Virus record (IMG/VR): IMGVR_UViG_3300038468_000190
Coordinates: 64,001-128,000 of that record
Reading direction: 5' to 3' (one strand)
Source of the DNA: a virus
Length of the DNA stretch: 64,000 nt
Part shown: one piece after another, positions 12,148 to 22,299 of the stretch
Layout of the letters: each line of letters begins with the position of its first letter
Position numbering within the stretch: position 1 is the stretch's first letter
The notes under the pieces: generated by a model
Told to the model about the DNA's origin: nothing
The model's database searches: none
Seen by the model: the letters and a program-made list of their open reading frames with translations, nothing else
Made by a program: the position numbers and the translations under genes

Positions 12148-13727
12148 GCAAATACCCGAATCTTTTGCCTTGGGTCTGCCCTGCCGGGGTCCTCTCCCTG
12201 ATTAATTCTTGGGACGCTTGGGTGAAGGGTCAAACGGCGGTCTTCGGTGTCGCGACGAACATGATCGACGACCCCGGGGCTCCGACCAGCATCACGACCC
12301 GCTACGGCTACCGGGCACCGCGAAAAAGCGATGGGAGCGCCTACCCCGATAACTGGTACCTCCTCGGTTCTTCCGAAGGTGACGCCGCCGAGCAAGCCGT
12401 TTTTCTCGACCAACAGGAAATGCTCGGTGCCGTGGGCGCGATGCGGATGATCCTCTGGTACCCGAATCGCGCCGACGTGTCCGTAGGCCCAGTTCCGGAT
12501 GCCAGTGACATCTACGATGCCTCCGTGGCGCGTTATCTCGCGATGACGACGGCAAATCAAAACCTCTCGAAATTTTGCCTGAGTCTTCAGCCGGCCTTTG
12601 CGGCCTACGACGGAAATAACCCGGGAACCTGGGGAAATTACACGGCATTTGTGAATAGCTGGGTAACGCTCGCGCTTCTTGAGCAGTACTTGAAGGTTAC
12701 TCTTCTAGGTGTGCCAAATCGCCCCGTCTTCGGTATGTATTATTCAGGGATTTCCAATGATTGGCACCTGAATTTAGCTCGGGTGACGACCTTGACGAAT
12801 GCCATCACTGCTGCCGGCCTTGGTCCTCCCGTGTATATGTTTCTCGGTACCAGCGGCGCCATGGCGACGCGCGTGACGGCGTCCAATACCCTCGGCGCCC
12901 AATACTTTACCGGCTACTTGCCGGGCTTCGGCGCCGGACACCAGCCCTGGAAAAGTCTCGATGCGCCTGCATCAACGGGCTGCAAGGCTTACGACAACCC
13001 GAGCGGTCTGAATGCGGGTCGTGCTCTCGAAATGAGTCATTGTGTCGATAACCGACCAAGAAATTCGGCAAACCCGTGGACGGATCTTCCGACGTATACC
13101 GAGCTCGAACAATTCGAACGGGATCGCTACGCAACCGCGCGCTCTGCGCGCCGCACGAACCCGAACGCGTTTCTTTCGAGATACAGCGCGTGTGAAATCG
13201 ACGAGGCCATGGTGTTTTTTCCGAGCGAACAGACGCTCGCCGAAAGCGTGAACAGCCCGGCGCGGGGAATTTTTCTGGACGCGATGGCAAATGTCCGCAA
13301 TCGGACCTTTCCGAGCACGTACACGGACGCGTACATGGCGTGGACCTTCCACGCGGACGTCGGCGCGAGCCTTCCTGCCGGCTGGGCGATCGTTCAGGAC
13401 CTCGCGGGCACGGCCGGCGGCCTTACGGGCTCCGATCAGTACGCGGTCATTCGAAACACGACGACCACGGACCCTCGCACGTGGACGACCGTTACCACGC
13501 GTTATCGCGTCTACGGAACCCTCGGCCCGGGTCTCGGCCACATCGGTTTTTCACTCGATGGCGCTGGCGCGGTCGACGTAAATCAGGACGACGGTGGCCC
13601 GACGACCCGCTACAGCCAACTGCTCTATGATTCGGGCCCCATCGCGAACACGTCGCACACGCTGGCAATCGCCCGGATCTCCGGCCAGGCCGAATTTTCC
13701 AAAGTGCGAGCTGGTCGGTCCCGTTGA
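12144..13727 (+). CDS. Putative glycoside hydrolase/depolymerase-like protein with carbohydrate-binding C-terminus
   Basis: YLKV...NRPVF segment reminiscent of GH71/GH99-like enzymes; C-terminal GTLGP..G....SLDG...SHTL sandwich. Confidence 0.4.
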   Translation: MSKYPNLLPWVCPAGVLSLINSWDAWVKGQTAVFGVATNMIDDPGAPTSITTRYGYRAPRKSDGSAYPDNWYLLGSSEGDAAEQAVFLDQQEMLGAVGAMRMILWYPNRADVSVGPVPDASDIYDASVARYLAMTTANQNLSKFCLSLQPAFAAYDGNNPGTWGNYTAFVNSWVTLALLEQYLKVTLLGVPNRPVFGMYYSGISNDWHLNLARVTTLTNAITAAGLGPPVYMFLGTSGAMATRVTASNTLGAQYFTGYLPGFGAGHQPWKSLDAPASTGCKAYDNPSGLNAGRALEMSHCVDNRPRNSANPWTDLPTYTELEQFERDRYATARSARRTNPNAFLSRYSACEIDEAMVFFPSEQTLAESVNSPARGIFLDAMANVRNRTFPSTYTDAYMAWTFHADVGASLPAGWAIVQDLAGTAGGLTGSDQYAVIRNTTTTDPRTWTTVTTRYRVYGTLGPGLGHIGFSLDGAGAVDVNQDDGGPTTRYSQLLYDSGPIANTSHTLAIARISGQAEFSKVRAGRSR

Positions 13728-13797
13728 TCCAAGGCTGACGAGCCGGTAGGCTAACGCTAGTCCGAGCGGCCGTCGGCCGCCTGAAAGGAGAGCGACG

Positions 13798-14262
13798 ATG
13801 AGCGTATTTCGAGGAGCCAGAGTGGACGGCGCCGAGTACTTCGATGACATCACGGGTCAAAACGAGGACGCCGGCGTCTTTTCGGGTCTCGGCAGCGACG
13901 ACTACGAGAACACCAAAGAGACGGTGGGCCCCGAGGGCCTTAAGGTGCAGATGAATTGCCGTGTGTGCAATCAGCGCCACGAGATCGTGCTCGAGTGGCA
14001 AGAGCTCTTCATCGTCGGCAGTAACGGTCCCGGCAGGAGCCTCTTGAAGCCCACGGGCTGGGAATACAGCGAGAACAACGCGAAGCTCTACCCCGCGAAC
14101 GTCCCATGCAAGAAATGCCGCGCGCCGATCTGTCCGCAGGTCTCTCCGGACGAAGCCCGCCAGCTCGTCAACGACGCCGTCAGCCGTAACCTCGTCTCGA
14201 GCGAGGCCGCGGCGCACTGGAATCAGCAAGTCCAGTCCGTCCGGGCGGCGCGCGGCGGCTAG
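13798..14262 (+). CDS. Hypothetical Zn-binding protein
   Basis: CRVC and CKKC pairs; AGGAG upstream. Confidence 0.65.
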   Translation: MSVFRGARVDGAEYFDDITGQNEDAGVFSGLGSDDYENTKETVGPEGLKVQMNCRVCNQRHEIVLEWQELFIVGSNGPGRSLLKPTGWEYSENNAKLYPANVPCKKCRAPICPQVSPDEARQLVNDAVSRNLVSSEAAAHWNQQVQSVRAARGG

Positions 14263-14300
14263 GCTCCGTCTCCGGAGCCCACCTGAGAAACGCGCGCATC

Positions 14301-14852
14301 GTGACTCGAGCATGTCCGACGATTCGCACGAGCCTAAGTCTCGACGAGGCCGAGGCCGTCATCGAGCCGTACTTCACGGCCGTGAAGGAGCGTTTCGTCG
14401 ACGCCGGAGCGACGCTCACGAAAAAAGTCCGGCTCGAGCTTGCCGCCTGGGCGCATGACAAGCCTCGCCACTTTGCCGCGACCGAGGATACGGGCCGCGT
14501 GATCATCGTCGCGCCGGAGTTTACCGAGCTTCCCGAGGACACGATCCTCGCCATCCTGAGCCACGAATTCGGCCACGCCGTGGACTTCCTCTATCCTGGG
14601 GAGTTCGTGCTCATCGACGACGGAGAGCTCGTCCGGATGCCGAAAGTCCCGGACGGCGCGCTCGGGGCGCGGGGCGAGGAGGCGTCGATCGCGCGCGCGC
14701 GCGCGTGGCGAGACCGCGACAAGGACACGGTCGAGCGCACGGCGGACGCCATCGCCGAGCACTTCACCGGTAAGACCATCGGCTACGCGGGGCCGTGCGA
14801 GCTCCAGTCGTTCGAGAGGGGCGTGAGACCACGGAGGCTCGGGCTCCGGTGA
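14301..14852 (+). CDS. Zincin-like (HExxH) metallopeptidase-domain protein
   Basis: ILSHEFGHAVD followed by ERTAD. Confidence 0.65.
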   Translation: MTRACPTIRTSLSLDEAEAVIEPYFTAVKERFVDAGATLTKKVRLELAAWAHDKPRHFAATEDTGRVIIVAPEFTELPEDTILAILSHEFGHAVDFLYPGEFVLIDDGELVRMPKVPDGALGARGEEASIARARAWRDRDKDTVERTADAIAEHFTGKTIGYAGPCELQSFERGVRPRRLGLR

Positions 14853-15478
14853 GCGACGCGGGAGCGAAGTACAAGGCGCTTCTTCGTGAGCTCGTCAGGG
14901 CGCGTGTGAACGCTCGCGGCGAGCTTCCCATGCATGTCGAGTCCCGCTACGTCGAAAAGCTCGACGAGCTCTGGAAGGCGATGGACGGCGCCGAGAGAGG
15001 CGCGATCGAGCGTGAGCTCGCCGACAAGGAGTTCGGGTGCTGATGGCCGCCTACGACTCGAACTTCGCCTGGACCGGCAACGGTGTCTCCTGGTGGTCGA
15101 ACACCGCGCAGGATACGACCACTGTGCCGTTCTTCCACTCGACAAACCACCCTGTGGATCGGGCCCTCCGTAGCCGGCGCGCAAAGTGGCTCGACCGCGC
15201 GGAGAGCTTCGAAGAGCGAAAGCGGCGAGAGGCGCGGGAGCGGACGCTCGCAGCGATCCTCCTCCGAAAGCTCCTCTCTCCCGAGGCCCTGCCCGAGCGT
15301 CAGTACGATCGCGACCGGCGCGAGGGCCGCGCTGTCGGGGTCGACAGTCGGTATCGCGTGATGCTGTGCTGAGCGCTTTGGGGCTTGACGATTCGTGCGG
15401 CGATGCCCAAGCTCAGCAAAGCAATGCACCTCTCTCGAGCTTGACAGTCAGCCCCGCTGGGGCGCCGAGACGGTAACA

Positions 15479-15509
15479 GCCTGGAAGACCTCTGGTTTTC
15501 CGGGCTTTT
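15479..15509 (+). terminator. Probable intrinsic terminator or processing hairpin
   Basis: GCCTGGAAGACC-TCT-GGTTTTCCGGGC then TTTT. Confidence 0.55.
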
Positions 15510-15515
15510 GCATTT

Positions 15516-15590
15516 GCCCCTCTAGCTCAGTGGTAGAGCATCCGGGTGTAATAACCCGGGAGGTCGGTCGTTCAATTCGATCGAGGGGCT
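15516..15590 (+). tRNA. tRNA-like gene with a 20-nt anticodon arm; identity unassignable
   Basis: Acceptor GCCCCTC/GAGGGGC, D arm GCTC-AGTGGTA-GAGC, T arm GGTCG-TTCAATT-CGATC; anticodon arm TCCGGGTGTAATAACCCGGG. Confidence 0.75.
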
Positions 15591-15652
15591 CTGGGGCTCG
15601 GCCTGCCGTGTATCCTGCCTCGGCGGGATGGCGGCAGGTCCGCCCCAGCCAC

Positions 15653-15730
15653 GCGCGGGTAGCTCAGCGGCAAGAGCACTCGACATAAGCATTCGAGCGG
15701 TCGGTGGTTCGAATCCACTCCTGCGCGCCA
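15653..15730 (+). tRNA. tRNA-like gene with a 9-nt anticodon loop and encoded CCA
   Basis: Acceptor GCGCGGG/CCTGCGC-G-CCA, D arm GCTC/GAGC, stem CTCGA/TCGAG around CATAAGCAT, T loop TTCGAAT. Confidence 0.8.
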
Positions 15731-16110
15731 TGGACAACGAAAAACTGTACGTCGTCGTGAGAAGCGATCTGCCAGCCGGGGCGATGCTCGCCCAGTCCGC
15801 GCACGCGGCGGTGGCGTTCGGGTTTCGGCACCCAGAGCTCGCTGCCGAGTGGTTTTGGGACTCGAACAATCTCGTCATCCTCGAAACTCCGGACGAAGCG
15901 TCGCTTCGCGCGCTCGTCACGAACGCGCGCGTCGCCCGGATCCCCTACGTGCTCTTCTCGGAGCCGGACTTCGACATGGCCGCCACGGCGGCGGCGTTCG
16001 GGAAGGAGGCGAAGAAGATGCTTCGCGGCCTGTCGCTCGCGCTCCGGGAGCGGCCTACTTCTTCGTCAGGATCCAGAGCGCCCCGAGCGTCACCAGTAGT
16101 AGGAGCGTAA
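15730..16110 (+). CDS. Peptidyl-tRNA hydrolase Pth2-like protein
   Basis: KLYVVVRSDL, AQSAHAA, LVIL, F.EPD motifs; ATG overlaps the CCA end of the tRNA. Confidence 0.75.
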   Translation: MDNEKLYVVVRSDLPAGAMLAQSAHAAVAFGFRHPELAAEWFWDSNNLVILETPDEASLRALVTNARVARIPYVLFSEPDFDMAATAAAFGKEAKKMLRGLSLALRERPTSSSGSRAPRASPVVGA

Positions 16111-16507
16111 GCACGATCGTGACGCCGGAAAAGCCGAGTAGCTTGAACGTGTTCTTGCCGACCTTCACCTCGAGCTCGGAGAGCGGCGTCTTGATCTTCG
16201 CCTTGGCCCGGACGCTCTCGATGCCGCGGGATAGGGCCGACTCGATCTTCTCGAGCTCCGCCTGACTCGGGCGGTCGTCGAGCTTGTCTTCGATGCTGTC
16301 GAGGCGGCCGTTGACGAGGGCTACCTGCTCGGAGAGCTGGCGGCTGAGGAACGTCGTCTGGTCGCGGATCTGGTCGCGCACTGCCGTGAAGAGCCCGCGG
16401 AGCTCGCCGAGATCGTGCATGATGATGCCGCGCTCTTCGTCGACGGCGTCGAGCCGGCGCTCGATGACATCGATCCTCGCGTCGGCCTGGCCGTTCTCAC
16501 CGACCAT
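16055..16507 (-). CDS. Coiled-coil protein with C-terminal transmembrane helix
   Basis: Heptad-rich body; terminal hydrophobic helix. Confidence 0.6.
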   Translation of the reverse strand: MVGENGQADARIDVIERRLDAVDEERGIIMHDLGELRGLFTAVRDQIRDQTTFLSRQLSEQVALVNGRLDSIEDKLDDRPSQAELEKIESALSRGIESVRAKAKIKTPLSELEVKVGKNTFKLLGFSGVTIVLTLLLLVTLGALWILTKK

Positions 16508-17071
16508 TGGCTGGATGCTCCATGAAGCTCACGCGCTCATCGAGCTCGAGGGTCTTCAGTTTTTGCGCCGAGAGCTCCTCGAAAAAGGTCGACAGCATGC
16601 CTGTCAATCGATCGACCTTGCCCTCGAGCCGGCCGATGGCGGCCATCACGGGATCGGCATTCTCCGGCTTGGTCGGCGTCTCGTCGCTCTTCATGGGCCT
16701 TACCAGCGGATGCGGGCGTTGTTCAGGGCGTGTCGGCGCGCCTCGCACGGCGTGCAGGGCTTCTGTCCGAAGAAGCGCGCGATGGGTTTCGCAACCGCTG
16801 CAACGGCGTCGCCGAGGCCGACGGCGCGGGGCCCGGCGGTGTGCGCCCGATGCGCCATCGCGAAGCCGCGCGCGGGCTCGCTACCTACCGCGAGGCCGCG
16901 CGCGCCGCACACCGTGCACATGACCTCGTACTTCGTCGTCCAACCGAGCTGCTCCACCGGAGTTACGAGTACCCAGGGGATTTCCGGCGAATACGGGATC
17001 GGCGCTCCCATGTCGCCTATCAGACTACCAAGGCTTGCGGGAGGCGGCTAGTTCCGGCATGATCCGGGTCA

Positions 17072-17653
17072 ATGAGTACCGCGCCCTACGTGCTCGGAGC
17101 GATTGCCGGCCTCGCGATCGTCAAGACGTTCTTCAGGCCATTTCGCGCGGTTGTCAAAGAGGGAAGTGTAGGTGCTTGCCCGGGTACTCCGAGTCGCGGA
17201 GCGTGTGATCCGAGTCTCCGGATAGATACCCCACAGGGTAGTCCTGTGTACTCCACGGTGGCCGGCAGAGTCGTCGCGGCGGGCTCGCACTTCGTGCTCG
17301 TCGCGAGTCTCTACGAGCCGGTCGTCGTGATGATGGACGGTGTCACGCCGGTGACGCTCCATGACGGTCAGTACGTCGGGCGCGGGCAGAAGCTCGGCGA
17401 GTCGTCGGGTCACGTCTACTTCAGCGTGACGGAATTTTTGCCGGGCGGAGGCGCGGTCGCTGTCGACCCCTCCTCGTGGCTCGCGAGCCGTGGACAGAAG
17501 ATCGCTCACAAGAATCCCTCTCCCGGCTCTTCGTGGTGCGAAGGCGGCAGGCACATCGAAGTGCCGGTCGCGGCTGGGCGCGGCTGCGATCTCCATGAGC
17601 CGGACAAGGGCGGTTTTGCGCTTCTGCCGGTGAGCGTGACGGTCGACAGGTAG
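17072..17653 (+). CDS. M23/LytM-like fold protein lacking canonical Zn ligands, N-terminal anchor
   Basis: GSPVYSTVAGRVV, GQYVGRGQKLG, GHVYF; no HxxxD or HxH. Confidence 0.55.
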   Translation: MSTAPYVLGAIAGLAIVKTFFRPFRAVVKEGSVGACPGTPSRGACDPSLRIDTPQGSPVYSTVAGRVVAAGSHFVLVASLYEPVVVMMDGVTPVTLHDGQYVGRGQKLGESSGHVYFSVTEFLPGGGAVAVDPSSWLASRGQKIAHKNPSPGSSWCEGGRHIEVPVAAGRGCDLHEPDKGGFALLPVSVTVDR

Positions 17654-17984
17654 GCAGCGCTGTGACGAAGGACGTTGTGCTCGAGGATGTGAGGCGCTTC
17701 GCGGAAGAGAGCAACATCCGTTTCGGCAAGGACGAGCTCACGGCGAAGCTCGACGTGGAGATCCAGGAGATATTCGAAGCCATCCACGTAGCGTGGCGCG
17801 GTAGTCGCTCGAAGCGGGGGATATGGGTCGCGGACGGCTGCAAGATCGGGAACATCCTCGCTCCGGAGCATGATATCGACAGAATCCTCCGGGACGCGTC
17901 CGGTGCGCTCGGCATCGAGCTAGCGGCTTCTGATTTGTGGGAGGATGCAGCGATGCGCCTGCGTTCTCGGAGGACTCAGGCGCC

Positions 17985-18806
17985 GTGCTGAAGCCCGCTC
18001 CGTCCGAATGGCGAGACCTTCGCAAGGGGATGAAGGGGCACGACGTTGCCGCCTGGCAGGCGGTCCAGCGCTACGAGGAGAGGCCGAACGAGTGGAAGTA
18101 CCACTGGCCGATCGGGGTCGACGGCGACTTCGGCCCCGTGACGGAAGCGGCGACGTGGGTCTACCAGATCCGGCGAAAGCTCCCCCCGAACGGCGTCGTC
18201 AATTCCGTCGTGAGGTCGTTCATTGACCCGACGCTCTTCATCGATCCGGCGCCTCCGCCTGACGCGGGCCTGCCTCCGATCAAAGAAGTCCGAGCGAAGT
18301 ACTGGCGCTGGGCGAATCGCACGCGCATCGACACGATCGTCTTTCACTCCGCGGAGCTCGGCGAGTTTCTCTCGAGCGCGGAAGCCGTAGCGAACTACTT
18401 CCACATGGGGCCGCCGAAGCCGGCGAGCGCGCACCTCACCGTCGACGTCGACAGCATCGTGCGAAGCGTCCCGGACGAGCACATCGCCTTCCACGCCCCC
18501 CCGAACGACTGGTCCCTCGGCATCGAGCAAGCCGGCTACGCGAAGCAGAGCCGCGACGAGTGGCTCGATCCCTACGGGCAAAAGATGCTCCGGCTCGTTG
18601 CGAAGCTCACGGCGTTCGAGGCGAAGAAGTGGAATATCCCTCTCGTCTGGCTCGCCGTGGACGAGCTCAAGCAGGGGGCACGCGGCCTCTGCACGCACAA
18701 CGACGTCCGCCTCGCCTTCGGGCAGACGAAGCACACCGACCCCGGCCCGAACTATCCGAAGGACGTGGTCCTCGGATGGGCGGTAGAGGAGATGGAGAGG
18801 CTATGA
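17985..18806 (+). CDS. N-acetylmuramoyl-L-alanine amidase (Amidase_2) with peptidoglycan-binding domain
   Basis: LRKGMKGHDV..WQ, VDGDFGP.T; IVFHS, SAHL, AFHA, SLGIE, HTDPG; GTG start after GGAGGA. Confidence 0.9.
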   Translation: MLKPAPSEWRDLRKGMKGHDVAAWQAVQRYEERPNEWKYHWPIGVDGDFGPVTEAATWVYQIRRKLPPNGVVNSVVRSFIDPTLFIDPAPPPDAGLPPIKEVRAKYWRWANRTRIDTIVFHSAELGEFLSSAEAVANYFHMGPPKPASAHLTVDVDSIVRSVPDEHIAFHAPPNDWSLGIEQAGYAKQSRDEWLDPYGQKMLRLVAKLTAFEAKKWNIPLVWLAVDELKQGARGLCTHNDVRLAFGQTKHTDPGPNYPKDVVLGWAVEEMERL

Positions 18807-18993
18807 GCGAGCCCGTAGATCTCATCGCGCGCTGCGACGTGAACGGCGAGCCCTGCTCCAACATGCAGAACGTCGCGGGACTCGGCATCGGCTGCCTCTG
18901 CGAGGTCTGCTCGACCTGGCGCACGATGAATGCGCCAGTGCTCCGCTCGGCTCCCGTGCTGGGAGCGCGGACAACGCTCGACAAGGTGATGGC

Positions 18994-19269
18994 GTGGCTC
19001 GGATGGTGAGAGCCGAGCGAGACCCGAGCGGCCGCTTTCTTCCGGGCCACGCGGTCCATCCGCCGCCGATCCCGCGCGTGTCGCCCGGTCCCGATCGACG
19101 AAAGGCCTGCAGCCAATGCGGGCTGCCCTTGCCGGTCGATTGCTTTACGCGCGATCCGCGCGCGCCGGACGGTCGGGAGCGCCGATGCAAGGCCTGCCGA
19201 TACGAGCGGCGCGAGGCCCTGAAACGCGGCGCAGAGAAGCGGCGGCCGTGGGGGCTCAAGCGGCTATGA
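18994..19269 (+). CDS. Small Zn-finger protein
   Basis: CSQC...F.RD....DG....CKAC; GRFLPGH. Confidence 0.55.
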   Translation: MARMVRAERDPSGRFLPGHAVHPPPIPRVSPGPDRRKACSQCGLPLPVDCFTRDPRAPDGRERRCKACRYERREALKRGAEKRRPWGLKRL

Positions 19270-19423
19270 GCCGGCAGAAGCGGATCAGGAAGGCACGCGC
19301 CGCGAAGAAGCGTGAGCGACGACGGATGTCCCTCATCCGCGAGCTTCAGCGTCGGCCGATCCTGGAGCGGTCGTTCGTGCCGTTCTACGTCGAGATCGAA
19401 TGGGAGACGAAAGGAAGCAGCTG

Positions 19424-19801
19424 ATGGCCCTACTTACGCCGAAACGGATCAAGGCGGTCATCAAAGCCGCCCGCTACCACGTGTGGGAGATGGGCATTCG
19501 CGACAGAAAGAGCCCGGTCCGTCAGGTGAACCGCCATCCACTCCTGCTCGGTCCCGCCAAACAGCTCGCGCGCATCGGCGCGACCGAGGGCAAGCACGAC
19601 CGCGCGGTCACCACGAACCCCCGTGGCAGAGACTTTCGGATCATCGCTCAGTACGAGGCCCGGACGGGCGACAACGTGACCGGGGAGGTGTACGCGGGTC
19701 GCGCGCGTCGGAAGAAGGCCCTCAGAGAAAACCCCGTCATGGTCTTGCGAGAAGACGAGCCGCCTGAGATCCTTGCCCCGAACGAGCCGGCTCCCGAATG
19801 A
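19424..19801 (+). CDS. Basic hypothetical protein
   Basis: TGATG and ATGA coupling on both sides. Confidence 0.55.
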   Translation: MALLTPKRIKAVIKAARYHVWEMGIRDRKSPVRQVNRHPLLLGPAKQLARIGATEGKHDRAVTTNPRGRDFRIIAQYEARTGDNVTGEVYAGRARRKKALRENPVMVLREDEPPEILAPNEPAPE

Positions 19802-20286
19802 GCGCCGAGCTCACGCCGTGGATGGAGGACAAGCTCGCCGAGCTCCTCCGCTTCGCCGATAGAAGCGGCATCCGGGCCGAGGTCGTCTCTACCAGGCGGA
19901 GCTGCGCCGAGCAGAACGCCATCTACGCGGGCGGCGTCGCAACGCAGGCCCGAGGCTGCCAGTCGTGGCACGTCTGGGGGCGCGCGGCAGATCTGCGGCT
20001 CTATGGGCCGGTGAGTAATTACGCCCTCCTCGGCGAGAAGTGGAAAGAGATGGGCGGCGTCTGGGGCGGAGACTTTCTCGTCCACGGCAGTCCCGACCCC
20101 GGCCACTTCGAATGGCATCCCGGGCTCAAGATCAGCGACGTGTGCCCCGATCCCGATGTATGCCCAGCGGCCGGCGACTGGCCCGAAGACAGGCCGCTAT
20201 TCGCGCGCCCCGCGGTGCGCTGGGTTTTCGGCGCTCTAATCGCGGCGGTAGGGATCACTCTGGCGCGCCGGGTCCTCACCGGGTAG
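19798..20286 (+). CDS. M15-family peptidase (L-Ala-D-Glu type) with C-terminal transmembrane helix
   Basis: RS..EQ..IY, SWHVWGRAAD, WGGDF, DPGHFE. Confidence 0.85.
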   Translation: MSAELTPWMEDKLAELLRFADRSGIRAEVVSTRRSCAEQNAIYAGGVATQARGCQSWHVWGRAADLRLYGPVSNYALLGEKWKEMGGVWGGDFLVHGSPDPGHFEWHPGLKISDVCPDPDVCPAAGDWPEDRPLFARPAVRWVFGALIAAVGITLARRVLTG

Positions 20287-20350
20287 AGTCTCTTGTCGTA
20301 GACCCCGGTGTCGAGCCATAGCCGCCCGGGCTCTCGAAAGGGAAAACCCC

Positions 20351-20899
20351 ATGGCTCTCTCAGTTATCTATTTCGAGCAGACCAACGGCGTAGACGATTT
20401 CATCGTCCGGAGCGCGCAAGCCGCCGACGCCGAGGAGATGGAGCGCGTCGTGGCCCAGCACCTCGCGGAGATCGTCGCCGTGAACGCGGCCATCCAGGAT
20501 CCGCAGGAGAAGTTTCAGGCCGTGGACGCAAACCTCGCCGGCGCAGGCGACGGCCACACGTTCCTCTTCACGGTGACGTTCACGAGGACCCGGCTCGCAG
20601 CCGTCCAGAACCTCCTCTTGAACGAGGCGACGGCTCTGCCGCTGAATCCTGCCGCGACGTTCGTGGACCCATCGCTCTTCGTCACGCGCTTCGCGGTCGG
20701 TAGCGAGCAGGACTCGATCGACGCCGTCACGAGGAAGCTCCTCAGCGACGTCTTGGCGGGCGTCCCGCCGGTCCAGGGACGCGTCACGGGCTTCTCGCCG
20801 TTTTTCGCAATAGCGGGCGGCGCCAAGGGACAGCGCTTCATGGTCGGAGTGGGCATGCTGCCGTCCGAGGACATCCCGACGCCTCCGCCTCCGCAATGA
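20351..20899 (+). CDS. Member of the LAGAGxG paralog family
   Basis: NLAGAGDGHTF and AGGAKGQRFM. Confidence 0.7.
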   Translation: MALSVIYFEQTNGVDDFIVRSAQAADAEEMERVVAQHLAEIVAVNAAIQDPQEKFQAVDANLAGAGDGHTFLFTVTFTRTRLAAVQNLLLNEATALPLNPAATFVDPSLFVTRFAVGSEQDSIDAVTRKLLSDVLAGVPPVQGRVTGFSPFFAIAGGAKGQRFMVGVGMLPSEDIPTPPPPQ

Positions 20900-20914
20900 T
20901 AGGGAGGCCGCGGC

Positions 20915-21352
20915 TTGGATCTCGACAAGAGCGCGTCGGCGCGAGCTGACTTCATTCAGGCGACGGAGGCTGGTGAGCTTCACAGCCTCTTTGCGCGGAA
21001 GATTCAGTCACTCGTCGACGAAAACGAGGCGCGGCAGAAGGAGAGCCCTCCGCGCCCGCCGCTCGGGATTGCCGAGATAGAGGTCGCGTCGTTTCTTCAC
21101 GGCTTCATGATGGTGCTCTTCGTGTCGACCGACGCCGCGCTCTGGCCGCCGGGCTCGCTCCGGCGGCTCGTCGGTCGGTTCTGGCTAGCGGCGGACGCCG
21201 AGAGCCTTTCGGACTATCAGGAGGCCGCCATCGCGTCGCTTCGTAACGGCTCGAGCCTCCGGCACGTGAAGATGAGCCTCGCCGGAGGCATGTCCGGACG
21301 TGTCATGGTGTTCGTGGGCGCCGAACGCATAGTCGAGCGCACAGTCGAGTAA
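20915..21352 (+). CDS. Hypothetical, possible distant member of the same family
   Basis: FIQA.EAGEL, WLAADAESL, SLAGGMSG in equivalent order. Confidence 0.5.
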   Translation: MDLDKSASARADFIQATEAGELHSLFARKIQSLVDENEARQKESPPRPPLGIAEIEVASFLHGFMMVLFVSTDAALWPPGSLRRLVGRFWLAADAESLSDYQEAAIASLRNGSSLRHVKMSLAGGMSGRVMVFVGAERIVERTVE

Positions 21353-21402
21353 AGGGAAAATATTTCGCACATCGCGCCCGGGCGCGAGGGAGAATAGGCC
21401 AC

Positions 21403-22299
21403 ATGACGACGTTCGGAACCATCGTACCCGATTTCGACGAGCCCGAAGAAGAACCCACGGTGCTGTTCATCGAGAGCGCGGATCCAGTCGATCTCGAGAC
21501 CCGCGTGAACGCCGCGCTCGCGGCCATGGATCCCGAGGCTTCCGTCGTCACGAACATCACTCTCGCCGGAGCCGGCGACGGTCATACGTTCGTGGTGCTC
21601 ATCGAAAGCATCTCGCCGGTCGGCACGCCGAACGGCCTTGTCGCCGGCAGTTTTGGCGGAGTCGCCTCAAGTCTTGTCCGCTGCTACCTCGGCGGTAGCG
21701 ACGAAGAGCTCGCAAAAGCGCGCCTACGTGCCGGGGTGCCACCGCCGATCGTTACGGGAGACCCGCCGCTCACAGTCCCCTACGTGCTCGTCGACGAGCA
21801 GGTCGCGGGCGGCGCCAAGGGCCAGCGCTTCATGGGGCTCGAGATCTATACGGTCGTCTCGATCCCGCAGGGTATCTTCCTCCGACCGCGCGTCCTCGGC
21901 GTCGGCACCACCAACCAGGCGCTCGGCGCCGGACAGACGATCCTTACGTTCGCGAGCATCGAGAACGAAGCGAAGTTCAGCCTCCTGTCGCCGCAAGAGA
22001 TTAACTACACCGGAAACCAGGCCTTCATCGTGCTCGTCGAAGCCAGCGTCTCGGTGACCCAGAACGGCGCGGGCGATTTCACCGTGGCGATCGTGAAGGA
22101 TCCCACCGGGACGCCGGAAGTGGTCGCGAGCATGACCAGTCACACGGGAGCCGGAGAAACCGACACCGTCGCCGTGTTCGGCTACTCGGATATCTTCCCG
22201 CCGCTGATCCAGGACACCAAGTTCGGGCTCATCGTGACATCGACGGCCGGCGTCTCCGCGGGAGCGCAGCTCCGGATTACCGCCGAGCTCGCGCCCTAG
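21403..22299 (+). CDS. LAGAGxG family protein with beta-sandwich C-terminal domain
   Basis: TLAGAGDGHTFVVLIE, QVAGGAKGQRFMG. Confidence 0.7.
   Translation: MTTFGTIVPDFDEPEEEPTVLFIESADPVDLETRVNAALAAMDPEASVVTNITLAGAGDGHTFVVLIESISPVGTPNGLVAGSFGGVASSLVRCYLGGSDEELAKARLRAGVPPPIVTGDPPLTVPYVLVDEQVAGGAKGQRFMGLEIYTVVSIPQGIFLRPRVLGVGTTNQALGAGQTILTFASIENEAKFSLLSPQEINYTGNQAFIVLVEASVSVTQNGAGDFTVAIVKDPTGTPEVVASMTSHTGAGETDTVAVFGYSDIFPPLIQDTKFGLIVTSTAGVSAGAQLRITAELAP

Noticed and set aside
15516-15730. Assigning tRNA-Tyr(GTA) and tRNA-Leu(AAG)
   Set aside because: Loops are non-canonical and the long variable arm of bacterial Tyr/Leu tRNAs is absent
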